A DNA stretch of 64,000 nucleotides from an uncultured delta proteobacterium (GTDB taxonomy: Bacteria > Myxococcota > Myxococcia > Myxococcales > Myxococcaceae), in contig CAWCKH010000004.1 in NCBI GenBank assembly GCA_963796055.1, positions 2,688,001 through 2,752,000 of the forward strand, in the 5' to 3' direction. The first letter of the stretch is position 1. The number at the start of each line of letters is the position of its first letter. The notes beneath the pieces are model-generated. The model did not search any database. It was not told the origin of the DNA and saw only the letters and a program-made list of their open reading frames with translations. The position numbers were made by a program, and so were the translations under genes. This document shows positions 20,983-35,381 of the stretch, one piece after another.

Positions 20983-22344
20983 TCAGGAGGCCACCCGGGT
21001 GCGTTCCTGGAGCGCGTCCAGGCACGCCCGCGCTGCCTGCTCCCCCGTCTCCAGCGCTCCGTGCACCGTGCCGGCCTGTCCCTCGGTGTGGGTGTGCTCG
21101 CCGGCGAAGAAAAGCGTGTCGGCCACCGCCCGCGCGAGCACCTGCGGGGCTCCGAGCGCTCCCACCGGCGTCACCGCGTAGCCGCCGCGGGCGAAGGGGT
21201 CGGCTTGCCAGTCGTGGTACCGCTCGTCGTCGAGCAGCTCCTCCAGCCGGCCGCGCGGAACTCCGAACAGCCCCTCGAGGCTCGCCAGCGCGCGGTCACG
21301 GCGGGCGTCGGGTGCGAGCGCCGACAGCTCCTGGGCCAGCGGCCCGCCGGCCCATCCGGTGAGCACTCCGGACTCGACCGGGGCGGTGGTCCACCAGGTC
21401 GGGACCGGTCCCCCGGGCAGGTGGGCGAAGCCGAACCCGCGCAGCCGGGCGTGATGCGCGGTGGGAGTACCCGACGTCCAGAAGTCCTCGCGGAAGCGGA
21501 GCAGCAGCTTGAAGAGCGGCCCCTGCACCAGCGCGCCGGCGGCGCGCTCCACGTCGTGCACCCGCGGGGCGAAGCGGATCGCGCCGGTCGCCCCCACCGG
21601 GGCCCGGAGCACGCCAAGCGGCACGGTGACGATGGCGGCTCGTGCCCGCACCGGGGCGAGCACGTGGCCAGTGCACTTCCGGGCGTGGACCAGCACCTGC
21701 CCGGCGGACCAGAGGACTTCGGTGACCACGGCCGAGAGCCGCAGCGCATCGGGGACGCGCTTCAGCACCGAGGCGAGCACGCGTTCGAGCACCGAGACGA
21801 ACCCGCCCTCGATGCGCGCGGCCCGGTCGGCCTGGAGGGCACGCGAGGCCCGCTCCAGGGCGCCGATGGCCTCGGCGCTGGCCCGGGTGACGTCGGCGGC
21901 GTAGTACCCCTCGATGTATTGCCGGGCGAGCACCCGCTCCTCGGGGGTGAGATGGCCCGCCCGCACCAGCGCCTCCAGGGCCTCGTCCACCGGGAGGTCC
22001 CCGTGCAGCTCCGCCACGGCGGCCAGGGCCTCCTCCAGCAGCGGCCCGGCGTCGACCAGCCGGCCTTCCTGGAGCGTGAGATGCCTCTGCCCGGTGGGAA
22101 CGACGCTCCGTCGCGCCTTCCGTGCCAGGGCGAGCAGGGTGCGTGCCTTGCCCTGGACGAACTCCGCCCCGAGCTCGACCGGCACCGGCCAGCCCGGAGG
22201 AGACTGGGTGTCGATGCGGCCGCCGATGCGCGGGCGGGCCTCGAGCACCCGCACCGTTCGCCCGCGCCGGGCCAGGGCGTCGGCCGCCGCCAGCCCTGCC
22301 GCCCCGGCTCCCACCACCACCACGTCGACGCGCTCCTCTGCCAC
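20983..22344 (-). CDS. Flavin monoamine oxidase family FAD-dependent oxidoreductase
   Basis: VVVGAGAAGL, LEARPRIGGR, ELGAEF, VTVPLGVL, WQADPFARGGY, FFAGEHT and GTVHGA. Confidence 0.9.
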   Translation of the reverse strand: MAEERVDVVVVGAGAAGLAAADALARRGRTVRVLEARPRIGGRIDTQSPPGWPVPVELGAEFVQGKARTLLALARKARRSVVPTGQRHLTLQEGRLVDAGPLLEEALAAVAELHGDLPVDEALEALVRAGHLTPEERVLARQYIEGYYAADVTRASAEAIGALERASRALQADRAARIEGGFVSVLERVLASVLKRVPDALRLSAVVTEVLWSAGQVLVHARKCTGHVLAPVRARAAIVTVPLGVLRAPVGATGAIRFAPRVHDVERAAGALVQGPLFKLLLRFREDFWTSGTPTAHHARLRGFGFAHLPGGPVPTWWTTAPVESGVLTGWAGGPLAQELSALAPDARRDRALASLEGLFGVPRGRLEELLDDERYHDWQADPFARGGYAVTPVGALGAPQVLARAVADTLFFAGEHTHTEGQAGTVHGALETGEQAARACLDALQERTRVAS

Positions 22345-22390
22345 GGCCAGGACGCCTCCAGCACGGGGGTGTCCCGTGTTAGCAGGCAAG

Positions 22391-23344
22391 GTGGTGGAGA
22401 GGCCCGCCCTCGTGCGATCGACTGTCCTTTCCCGGGCGGCTGCGGGGGGGCTGGTCCGTCTTCTCCAGGCGCTCCCGTCCGGTGCCGTCGACGCGCTCGC
22501 CCGCAGGGTGGCGGCGTGCGCGTACGCGCTGGGCATCCGCCGGAGAGTGACGCTCGACAACCTGGCCCGGGCCCTCCCCCAGCTCGGCGAGGGGGAGCGC
22601 CGGGCCATCGCCCGTGCGGCCTACGCCAACATGGCCCGGGTAGTGGTGGACGCGCTCCGCACGCTCGGGGCGCCGCGGGCGCAACTCCTGGCCGAGGTGC
22701 AGGTGGACGACTTCGGGCCGGTGGAGCGGGCGCTGGCCCGCGGCAAGGGGCTCCTGGTGGCGACCGCGCACCTGGGCAGCTGGGAGCTGTTCGGCGCGGC
22801 GATGGCCCAGCGCGTTCCGCTCCACGCGGTCGTCCGGCCGCTGCGCGGCGGTCTGAACGCCCGGCTGGTGGAGGCGCGGGAGCGGGCCGGTCTGCGCCTG
22901 ATTCCCGGGCGCGGCGCCCTGTCCGGCACCGTGGCCGCGCTCCGGAAGAACGAGGTCGTGGCCATGCTGGTGGACCAGGCCATCGGAGGGAAGCACGCGC
23001 TCTTCGTGCCCTTCTTTGGCCGGCCGGCGGCGACTACCCCTGCACTGTCGATGGCCGCGCTCCGCACCGGCGCGCCGACGCTGGTGGTGGTCGCCCTCCG
23101 TGAGGGCGGGCGTCTCAGGTTCAGGGTCGAGGGGCCCTTCGAGGTGTCGGACACCGGAGATCGCCAGCGCGATCTCCGCGACCACACCGCCAGGGTGACC
23201 GCGGCGCTGGAGCGCATCATCCGCGAGGCGCCCGAGCAGTGGCTATGGCTGCACCGGCGCTGGAAGCTTCAGCCACCCGTCGGCTGGTCGACGTCGACCT
23301 CCGACCGGGGGTCGGCAGAAGCGAGCGGACGACCTACCTCCTGA
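22391..23344 (+). CDS. Lipid A lauroyl/LPLAT-family acyltransferase (LpxL/HtrB-like)
   Basis: TAHLGSWE, MLVDQ, VPFFGRPA and PEQWLWLHRRWK. Confidence 0.9.
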   Translation: MVERPALVRSTVLSRAAAGGLVRLLQALPSGAVDALARRVAACAYALGIRRRVTLDNLARALPQLGEGERRAIARAAYANMARVVVDALRTLGAPRAQLLAEVQVDDFGPVERALARGKGLLVATAHLGSWELFGAAMAQRVPLHAVVRPLRGGLNARLVEARERAGLRLIPGRGALSGTVAALRKNEVVAMLVDQAIGGKHALFVPFFGRPAATTPALSMAALRTGAPTLVVVALREGGRLRFRVEGPFEVSDTGDRQRDLRDHTARVTAALERIIREAPEQWLWLHRRWKLQPPVGWSTSTSDRGSAEASGRPTS

Positions 23345-23351
23345 GCCTCGC

Positions 23352-24581
23352 GTGGACACGTCCGTCGAGGCACCCGGGGCGGCCGAGGAGGTCGCCTGTC
23401 ACGATTGCGCGCAGGTCCAGGCCCTGCCGCCGCTGGGCCCGCACGCCCTGGCGCGGTGCTGGCGCTGCGGCGCGGTGCTCGACGTCCGCGAGCCGCCGGA
23501 TGCGACCCCGCTGGCGCTGGCGGTCGCCGGGCTCGTCTGTGGCCTGCTGGCCAATGCCTACCCCATTCTCCAGGTGAGCCTCGCCGGGCGGACGCGGAGC
23601 AACGTCCTGGTGAGCGGGCCACGGGCGCTGATCACCGATCACTTCCCTGGCCTGGCCCTCCTGGTCGCCGCCTTCTCCATCGTCTTCCCGCTGCTGTGGC
23701 TGGGGTCGGTCTCGTACGTGCTGCTCCACGTCCGGGCCGGGACCCGGTCCCCCGAGCTGGGGCCGCTGTTCCGGCTCGCGGAGCGGGTCCGCCCGTGGGC
23801 GATGACCGAGGTGTACGTGGTCGGAGGCTTCGTGGCCTTCACCCGCCTGGAGGAGCTGGGCCGGGTGTCGATCGGCACCGGCGGCTGGGCGATCGCCGCG
23901 ACGGCCTTCCTCACCTTCCTGGTCGACCAGGTCCTGGATCGCCGGCACGTCTGGGACGCGATCCAGGCCCCGCGCCCCGTGCCGCCCGGGCCCACCCTGG
24001 CTTGCCCGCAGTGTGACCTCGTGACCACCCGGTCCGAGGGTGAGCGCTGTCCACGCTGCCGGACCCCACTGTGGCGCCGCAAGCGAAGCAGCCTGGAACG
24101 CACCGTCGCCCTGGTCATCGCCGGCGCGGCGCTCTACCTGCCGGCCAACATCTTGCCGATCATGGCCGTCGGCCGGCTGGGGCGGCCCAACCCCGACACC
24201 ATCCTCACCGGCATCGGGGAGCTGGTGCGGCGCGGCTACTGGCCGCTGGCGATCATCGTCCTCTTCGCCAGCGTGCTGGTCCCGGTGGTGAAGCTGGTGA
24301 GCCTGACATGGTTCGTGGTCTCCGTCCGGCAGCGGTGGCGATGGGCGCTTGCATTCCGGACCCGGCTCTACCGCGTGGTCGACGGAATCGGCCGCTGGTC
24401 CAACATCGACGTCTTCATGATCTCCCTCCTGGTGGCCCTGGTGCAGTTCGGGGTGCTGGCCACGGTGGAGGCGAAGGCGGGGGCGGTGGCGTTTGCCGCG
24501 GTGGTGGTCATCACCATGTTCGCTGCCGAGGCCTTCGACCCCCGGCTGATGTGGGACGCGGTCGAGGAGAGGTGCGAATGA
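23352..24581 (+). CDS. pqiA: Paraquat-inducible protein A
   Basis: Two repeats of CxxC...CxxC plus a TM domain; PWAMTEVY, LYLPANILP and IGRWSNIDVF. Confidence 0.93.
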   Translation: MDTSVEAPGAAEEVACHDCAQVQALPPLGPHALARCWRCGAVLDVREPPDATPLALAVAGLVCGLLANAYPILQVSLAGRTRSNVLVSGPRALITDHFPGLALLVAAFSIVFPLLWLGSVSYVLLHVRAGTRSPELGPLFRLAERVRPWAMTEVYVVGGFVAFTRLEELGRVSIGTGGWAIAATAFLTFLVDQVLDRRHVWDAIQAPRPVPPGPTLACPQCDLVTTRSEGERCPRCRTPLWRRKRSSLERTVALVIAGAALYLPANILPIMAVGRLGRPNPDTILTGIGELVRRGYWPLAIIVLFASVLVPVVKLVSLTWFVVSVRQRWRWALAFRTRLYRVVDGIGRWSNIDVFMISLLVALVQFGVLATVEAKAGAVAFAAVVVITMFAAEAFDPRLMWDAVEERCE

Positions 24582-26176
24582 CCGAGATTCGCGAGGCGCG
24601 AGTCCAGCGCCGTCGGTTCGCCCCCATCTGGCTGGTGCCCATCACCGCGGTGGTGATCGCCGGCTGGCTGGGGTTCAAGACCTACGGCCAGCGCGGGCCG
24701 CTCATCACCATCACCTTCGCCAGCGCCGAGGGCATCGAGGCGGGCCGCACCCGGATCATGCTCCGCAACGTCGAGGTGGGCCTGGTGGAGTTCCTCGATC
24801 TGAGCCGCGACCTCGGCCACGTCGAGGTGCACGCCCGGATGCGCAGCGACCTCTCGGACCACCTGACCACCGGGAGCCGCTTCTGGGTGGTGCGGCCGAG
24901 GCTCGGGGTGGGCGGGGTGTCGGGTCTGGGAACGCTCTTCTCCGGGGTGTACATCGAGATGGAGCCGGGAACGGGGGGAGGAAGGCGGACCGAGCGGTTC
25001 AAGGGCCTCGAGGAGCCCCCGGTGCTCCCGCCGTCGGGCGATGGGAAGACGTTCGTGCTGCGGGCCAAGAGCCTCGGCTCGCTGAGCCGCGGCTCGCCGG
25101 TGTACTACCGGGGCGTGCCGGTGGGCGAGGTGCTCGGGGCGACGCTTGCCCAGGACGCCCAGAGCGTGGGGGTCAACGTCTTCGTCCGTGCCCCGCACGA
25201 CCAGCTGGTCCGGCCGGAGACCCGCTTCTGGAATGCGTCGGGCATCGAGGTCAGCACCGGGGGGGCGGGCTTCAAGGCGCGGGCCGAGTCGCTGCAGGCG
25301 GTCATCATCGGCGGCATCGCCTTTGACACCCGCCCCGAGGGAGCGACCGAGCCGCCCAGCCCGAAGGACAGCGAGTTCGAGCTCTATCCGGACAAGGACT
25401 CCGCCCAGGACACGCCCTATGGCCCCCAGGTTTCGTACCTGGTCCATTTCGGTGGATCGGTCCGGGGCGTGGACGTGGGGACGCCGGTGGAGCTGCTCGG
25501 CATCCGCGTGGGGCAGGTGAGCGACGTCCGGCTCGAGGGGGATGCGGGGCGGCTCCGGGTGCCGGTGACGTTGACGCTGGATCCCGAGCGGGTGCTCCTC
25601 CACCAGGGCGAGCTGCCCGCGGAAGGCCAGCAGCTGCAGCAGTCGACGGACGCCCAGATGGCGCTGCTGGTCGCCCGCGGGCTGCGCGCCGAGCTGGAGA
25701 CGGCGAGCCTCCTGACCGGCCACAAGGTGGTGGCACTCGCCTTCCATCCGCACGCTCCGCGGGCGCGACTGACCTTCGGCGGACGCCAACCGGAGCTCCC
25801 CACGGTGCCGGGAAACGGGTTCGACGACATCACCGAGTCCGCGAACCGGCTCCTGGCGGATGCCCGGCAGATGGTGCAGGGGGCCAACGAGGTGCTCCGC
25901 TCGCCGGAGCTGGCGAGGACCCTCAAGAGCCTCGACGTGCTCACCCGCGAGGCAAGCACCCACATCGGGCCGACGATGCAGAGCCTGCAGGCGGCGTCGA
26001 AGCAGCTGGAGCGGACGCTCTCGGCGACCTCGGGGCTGCTCGGGAACACCACCACCGGGTCGGGCGAGCTGCCGCGGGCGCTGCGCGACCTGCGCGAGGC
26101 CTCGCGCTCGGTGCGGCTGCTCACCGACTACCTCGAGCGGCACCCGGAGGCGCTGGTCCAGGGGAAGCGACCGTGA
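24578..26176 (+). CDS. pqiB: MCE-domain intermembrane transport protein PqiB
   Basis: IWLVP TM helix, three MCE repeats (RFWVVRP, GSPVYYRGVPVG, GTPVELLGIRVG) and C-terminal YLERHPEALVQGK. Confidence 0.93.
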   Translation: MTEIREARVQRRRFAPIWLVPITAVVIAGWLGFKTYGQRGPLITITFASAEGIEAGRTRIMLRNVEVGLVEFLDLSRDLGHVEVHARMRSDLSDHLTTGSRFWVVRPRLGVGGVSGLGTLFSGVYIEMEPGTGGGRRTERFKGLEEPPVLPPSGDGKTFVLRAKSLGSLSRGSPVYYRGVPVGEVLGATLAQDAQSVGVNVFVRAPHDQLVRPETRFWNASGIEVSTGGAGFKARAESLQAVIIGGIAFDTRPEGATEPPSPKDSEFELYPDKDSAQDTPYGPQVSYLVHFGGSVRGVDVGTPVELLGIRVGQVSDVRLEGDAGRLRVPVTLTLDPERVLLHQGELPAEGQQLQQSTDAQMALLVARGLRAELETASLLTGHKVVALAFHPHAPRARLTFGGRQPELPTVPGNGFDDITESANRLLADARQMVQGANEVLRSPELARTLKSLDVLTREASTHIGPTMQSLQAASKQLERTLSATSGLLGNTTTGSGELPRALRDLREASRSVRLLTDYLERHPEALVQGKRP

Positions 26177-26772
26177 GCGCCCGGGTCAAGCTGCCCCTTG
26201 CGCTCGCGGCGCTCGCGGCACTCGCGGGCTGTCTCGGGAGCTCGCCCGCGTCGCGGTTCTACACCCTGTCCACCCTGTCTCCGCACGCGGGGCAGGGCGG
26301 CGGGGGGGGTGGGCCGGCGTTCCGCGTCCGGGTCGCGCCGGTGACGTTGCCCGAGGGCGTGGACCGTCCGCAGCTGGTGCGCCGCACGGGCGAGAACACG
26401 GTGGTGGTGGACGAGTACGACCGGTGGGTCGAGCCGCTCGATGCGCTGCTCCGGAACACGCTGGTGCTGGACCTCGGGGCGCTGCTGCCGGACGCCCAGG
26501 TGCTCGGGGACGCCGTGCCGGGGCTCGCCGCCGAGCGGACGGTGGTGGTCGCGGTGAACCGGCTGGACCTCTCGAGCCAGGTGCTCATGGACGCGGTGTG
26601 GTTCGTGCTGCCCGCGGGGACGGACCAGCCGGAGCGCACACACCGGACGAGCCTGACCGAGAACGCCGGGTCGGGGTCTCCGGCCGACATCGCGCCCGCG
26701 CTCAGCCGGGCCATCGAGCGACTGTCGCGGGAAATTGCCGGCGAGCTCACTCCAACCCAGACTCCGCAGTGA
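26173..26772 (+). CDS. pqiC: PqiC-family lipoprotein
   Basis: Lipobox LAG|C, RFYTL, VDRPQLV and RWVEPL; overlaps the pqiB stop. Confidence 0.9.
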   Translation: MSARVKLPLALAALAALAGCLGSSPASRFYTLSTLSPHAGQGGGGGGPAFRVRVAPVTLPEGVDRPQLVRRTGENTVVVDEYDRWVEPLDALLRNTLVLDLGALLPDAQVLGDAVPGLAAERTVVVAVNRLDLSSQVLMDAVWFVLPAGTDQPERTHRTSLTENAGSGSPADIAPALSRAIERLSREIAGELTPTQTPQ

Positions 26773-26931
26773 GGGTGGCGGCGGGTGGCTAGAGCATCCC
26801 CGCCCGGTGCAGCACCGCGGCGTCTCGTCGGTCTCGGCGAAGAGGGTCGCCACCTCGGCCGGGAGCTCGCAGCTGGAGAGCCCCCTGGGACGCTACCCCG
26901 CGACCGGCCCGGCCCCATCGCCCCAGGGCTT

Positions 26932-28401
26932 CTAGGTCGCCGCGGTGAACGGCAGATCGTTTCCGCGCGTGGGCAGCCGCGACGGGGCGCCGGTGAGCAC
27001 GGAGTCGATGTCCCGCGCGGCCTCGCGGCCGTCGGCGATGGCCCAGACGATGAGGCTCGCCCCGCGCCGCGCGTCGCCCACCGCCCAGATGCCGGGACGC
27101 GAGGTCCGGAACCTTCCGTCCACCCGGAGGTTGCCGCGGGCGTCGAGCGCGAGCCCGAGCTGGGATTCCAGCGCGGCGGTCTCCGGCCCGAGAAAGCCCA
27201 TCGCCAGCAACAGCAGATCCACCTGGCGGGTGGTCTCGGAGCCGGCGACGGGGACGATGCGCCCGCGGCCGGCCTCGTCCGTCTCCAGCCGCACCCGGGC
27301 CAGCTCCATCTCCGCCAGCCACCCGTTCCGCCCGAGGAGCCGGGTGGTGGAGAGCCCGAACTCGCGGTCTCCCCCCTCCTCCTGGCTGGAGGAGGTGCGG
27401 AACACCACCGGCCAGTCCGGCCACCAGTTCCCCGGCGCGCGGCTCTTGGGAGGCGCGGGGAGCAGCTCGATCTGCTCGACGTGCGCCGCGCCCTGTCGGT
27501 GCGCGGTGCCCAGACAGTCCGACCCGGTGTCGCCACCGCCGAGGATGACCACCCGCTTGCCGTAGGCGGACAGCTCGGGTGGCAGCGGTGCGCCGCCGAC
27601 GTGCCGGTTCTGCGCCTCGAGATAGTCCATCGCCCAGACGACGCCGGGGAGCTCGCGCCCGGGGACGACCAGGTCGCGGGGCCGCCGGGCGCCGAGCGCC
27701 AGCACCAGGGCGTCGTGCTCGGCGGCGAGCTGGTCGAATCCCGGCGCCATGCCCACGTCCACGCCGCAGCGGAAGGTCACCCCCTCGGCCTCGAGCAGCT
27801 TCACCCGCCGCTCGACCAGCGACTTCTCCAGCTTGAAGTCGGGGATGCCGAACCGGAGCAGCCCTCCCGGGGCCGGGGCGCGCTCGTAGACGATGACCGT
27901 GTGGCCGGCGCGGTTCAGCCCCGCCGCCGCGGCCAGCCCCGCCGGCCCGCTGCCCACCACCCCCACCGTCCTGCCGGTGCGGGATGCCGGGGGATGCGGG
28001 CGCACCCAGCCCTCCCGGAAGGCGCGGTCGGCGATCTCCTTCTCGATCTGCTCGATGGTCACCGGCGCCTGGTCGATGGCCAGCACGCACGCCGCCTCGC
28101 ACGGGGCGGGGCAGAGCCGGCCGGTGAACTCGGGGAAGTCGTTGGTGGAGGAGAGCGTGGCCCAGGCCTCCTCCCAGCGCCCGCGCCAGACCAGGTCGTT
28201 GAAGTCGGGGATGAGGTTTCCAAGCGGACAGCCCTGGTGACAGAACGGGATGCCGCAGTCCATGCACCGCCCCGCCTGGCGCCGGCTCTGCTCGCTGGAC
28301 TGGGGAAGGATGAACTCCCGGGTGTCGTGCACCCGCTCCGACTTCGGCCGCTTGGGGGGCGCCTCGCGCTGCCACTCCAGGAATCCGGTGGTCTTGCCCA
28401 T
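26932..28401 (-). CDS. gltD: Glutamate synthase small subunit
   Basis: RCMDCGIPFCHQGCP, GRLCPAPCE, GSGPAG, GGGDTGSDC and GASLIVWAI. Confidence 0.97.
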   Translation of the reverse strand: MGKTTGFLEWQREAPPKRPKSERVHDTREFILPQSSEQSRRQAGRCMDCGIPFCHQGCPLGNLIPDFNDLVWRGRWEEAWATLSSTNDFPEFTGRLCPAPCEAACVLAIDQAPVTIEQIEKEIADRAFREGWVRPHPPASRTGRTVGVVGSGPAGLAAAAGLNRAGHTVIVYERAPAPGGLLRFGIPDFKLEKSLVERRVKLLEAEGVTFRCGVDVGMAPGFDQLAAEHDALVLALGARRPRDLVVPGRELPGVVWAMDYLEAQNRHVGGAPLPPELSAYGKRVVILGGGDTGSDCLGTAHRQGAAHVEQIELLPAPPKSRAPGNWWPDWPVVFRTSSSQEEGGDREFGLSTTRLLGRNGWLAEMELARVRLETDEAGRGRIVPVAGSETTRQVDLLLLAMGFLGPETAALESQLGLALDARGNLRVDGRFRTSRPGIWAVGDARRGASLIVWAIADGREAARDIDSVLTGAPSRLPTRGNDLPFTAAT

Positions 28402-28412
28402 GAGTGCTCCGC

Positions 28413-32957
<4,545 letters not shown>

Positions 32958-33091
32958 CCAAGACCTCCCGACCGACCGGTCTGCCGCACAGCGGCAAATG
33001 CACAGCGTACGGGAAGTGGCTGACCCGGCTCAAATGTGGGCCGATGCGCGCAGCTGCCGGGTCGGATGAGCTGGGCTGTCGGCAGCTTGCG

Positions 33092-33108
33092 GAGGTGTCT
33101 GACACCTC
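33092..33108. promoter_or_regulatory. Perfect 17-bp palindrome GAGGTGTC-T-GACACCTC upstream of gltB
   Basis: 8-1-8 inverted repeat in the intergenic region, about 135 bp from the gltB start. Confidence 0.5.
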
Positions 33109-33236
33109 GAAAAACTTAGGAATTCCAGCCTGCTATGTCCGTTCTGGCCACCGAGAAGGCACGTGGCTCCTCCGGCGGGCAGAGGGCATCGTCGCGGCCG
33201 CCGGAACGCCACGGTGGCCGCCTCTGGCGGGGTGCG

Positions 33237-33683
33237 TCAGGCGTGGGTGGAAAGCGAGCGCTCCCAGAGCACCTTGAGGTCGGCTGGCAGCTGCGACTCG
33301 ACCTGCCTGGCTTCACCCTCGCTCACCTGGGCGCGGAGCGCGTGGAAGACGGCCAGGATCAGGCGCTCGGCAGCCGGAGGCGGCACGCCGAGCTCGTCGG
33401 CGACCATGCCCACGAACTCGGTCCGGTCGATGGCGTGCTTCTTGAGGCCGGCGTGACGGTCGCAGCGGGTGATCAGATCCCGCAGCTTCGCCGGGAGCTG
33501 GGCCTCGAGGTCCTTCGCCTCCTCGGGGAGAATTCGTCGCTCGAGGGCGCAGAGCACTGCCACCGCGGACTGCTCGGCCCGCTCCTCGGAGATCGATCCC
33601 ACCCGCCGCAGGTAAGTCATGAAGGCGGCGAACGTCTGGTTGCGCCGCTGCTCGCTTCGCTCGGCCCTGCGTTGCTCATCCAT
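33237..33683 (-). CDS. DUF2267 family protein
   Basis: AVAVLCALERRI...LEAQLP and AVFHALRAQVSEGE...VESQLPADLKVLW helical repeat pattern. GGAGG RBS. Confidence 0.8.
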   Translation of the reverse strand: MDEQRRAERSEQRRNQTFAAFMTYLRRVGSISEERAEQSAVAVLCALERRILPEEAKDLEAQLPAKLRDLITRCDRHAGLKKHAIDRTEFVGMVADELGVPPPAAERLILAVFHALRAQVSEGEARQVESQLPADLKVLWERSLSTHA

Positions 33684-33776
33684 CGGAAGACCTCCGCCGG
33701 CGTGCATCGCCACAACGAGTGCTCGCCTCCCGGCCGGTTTGCAACGTCTCCTGCCCGCCCGAGCAGGACGGGCGTG

Positions 33777-35381
33777 TCAGATGCTGAGCCGGAGGCCCAC
33801 CCCCACGTCGAGGATGGGAGCGTTCAGCGGGCCGAAGAACGTCCCACCGGGAAGTCCGGTGACGCCGGCGACCGTGGAGAGATCGGTCCGGGGGAAGCCG
33901 AGCCGGAGCTCGCCCCCCGTGCGCCCGAAGTGCCCCGCGACGTAGCTCTCGACGGAGAGGTAGCTGAGCACCGTGACCACGAAATCCAGGCGCGCCAGAT
34001 AGCTGCTGTCGCTCAGGTTGCTGATCCCGGAGAGGATCCAGGTCGTCTTGGCGGTGGTGTCGAGCAGGGTCGCGCTGAGGGCCAGGTAGTGCTTGCCGAC
34101 GTAGAACGGCTGGAAGCCTCCCACGATGAGCAGCGGCAGATACTCGTCCCGGGAGTAGCTGGCGGAGTTGAAGAAGTACTCGGCGCCGAGGGTGATGCTC
34201 TTGTTCCCCTCGAAGTTGATCGCGTACGTCACGCCTCCGGCGGCCTGGACCACCGGCCTGCCACGCCCCGGTACCTCCACGTGCGCCTGGCTGGTGACTG
34301 GAATGGTCCCCGGGGGAAAGGTGCCCGGCGGAACGCCCGGAATCGTGGACGGGTCGACCTGGGTGGTGAGAGTGAAATCCCTGCTGGTCGGGGCATCGGA
34401 GTACTCCTTCCAGGCCACCTCGCCGTAGACGTCGATGTCGCCGAGAGACATCGTCACGTCGGCGCCCGCTCGCGCGGCGCGGTTTCGCTGCACGAGGCCA
34501 TCGAGACCGAACGCCCCGTTCTTGAACGCGAACTCGGCCCGGGCCGCGCCGCCCACGTCGCGTAGCGTGGTCCCGGTGGTGCCGGTGGGGTTGATGCCGG
34601 AGCCGCCGGGATTCTCCACCGAGGAGCTGCCCGAGTAGCCGCCGCCCACGTTCTGCGTCGGCTCGAAGAGCGCCACCGCGGTGAAGTTCCACCCCGCCGC
34701 TTCCCAGGGAACCTGCGCCCGCAGCATGGTGACGCCGAGGCGGGCGTCGAAGAGCGCCAGCGGGTCGCGTGGCTGGGAAGCGAGGAAGTCGGTGGGGGAG
34801 AAGAACCGGGCCACGCCCCACTTCACGTGCTGCCGCCCGGCGGTGACGAACACCCTGTGCGCGATGTCGAAGGCGAGCCACGCCTGATCGAGCAGCACCG
34901 CGGGGTTGCTCGCGGTGGTCGACGCCGGGATGCCCGGCAGCGCGGTTCCACCCACGGTGGTGGAGAGGAACGGGTCGTAGGTCAGCCGCCCGAGCACGAA
35001 GGCCCGCAGCCGCTCGGTGGGGCGAGCGTCGAGGTACACGTCCACCAGGGTGGGCAGCGAGACGCGTGACTCGTCGAACGGCTGGTCCTGGGACACCTGG
35101 AGGAAGGCGCGGGTGTAGAACAGCCCGCCGATCTTCAGCGGGTCCTCCTGGACGCGTCCGGTGGCGAAGGCATCGGACGAAGGGGTCAGGTCCAGGCCCC
35201 GTGACTCCTGGGCGCCCAGCGCGCCGGCATCGGGCGCTCCGCCGAACAGCGACTCCTCGCCCGGCCGGGGCGCCGGGGTTCCCCCGTCGGGCGCGCCCCC
35301 GAACAGCGCGTCCTCGTCTGGCCGCTGGGCCCGGGCGGAGAGCGACAGCGCGAGCGCGGCCACCACCGCCCAGCGGCTCAT
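33777..35381 (-). CDS. Putative outer-membrane beta-barrel protein of the ABC operon
   Basis: Signal peptide ARA|Q, LDQAWL...GRQHVKWG...PTDF barrel motif, amphipathic strands, C-terminal VGLRLSI. Confidence 0.75.
   Translation of the reverse strand: MSRWAVVAALALSLSARAQRPDEDALFGGAPDGGTPAPRPGEESLFGGAPDAGALGAQESRGLDLTPSSDAFATGRVQEDPLKIGGLFYTRAFLQVSQDQPFDESRVSLPTLVDVYLDARPTERLRAFVLGRLTYDPFLSTTVGGTALPGIPASTTASNPAVLLDQAWLAFDIAHRVFVTAGRQHVKWGVARFFSPTDFLASQPRDPLALFDARLGVTMLRAQVPWEAAGWNFTAVALFEPTQNVGGGYSGSSSVENPGGSGINPTGTTGTTLRDVGGAARAEFAFKNGAFGLDGLVQRNRAARAGADVTMSLGDIDVYGEVAWKEYSDAPTSRDFTLTTQVDPSTIPGVPPGTFPPGTIPVTSQAHVEVPGRGRPVVQAAGGVTYAINFEGNKSITLGAEYFFNSASYSRDEYLPLLIVGGFQPFYVGKHYLALSATLLDTTAKTTWILSGISNLSDSSYLARLDFVVTVLSYLSVESYVAGHFGRTGGELRLGFPRTDLSTVAGVTGLPGGTFFGPLNAPILDVGVGLRLSI
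35231..35324. repeat. Imperfect direct repeat encoding RP(D/G)E(D/E)(A/S)LFGGAPD(G/A)G twice
   Basis: Copies at about 35231-35268 and 35288-35324. Confidence 0.7.
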
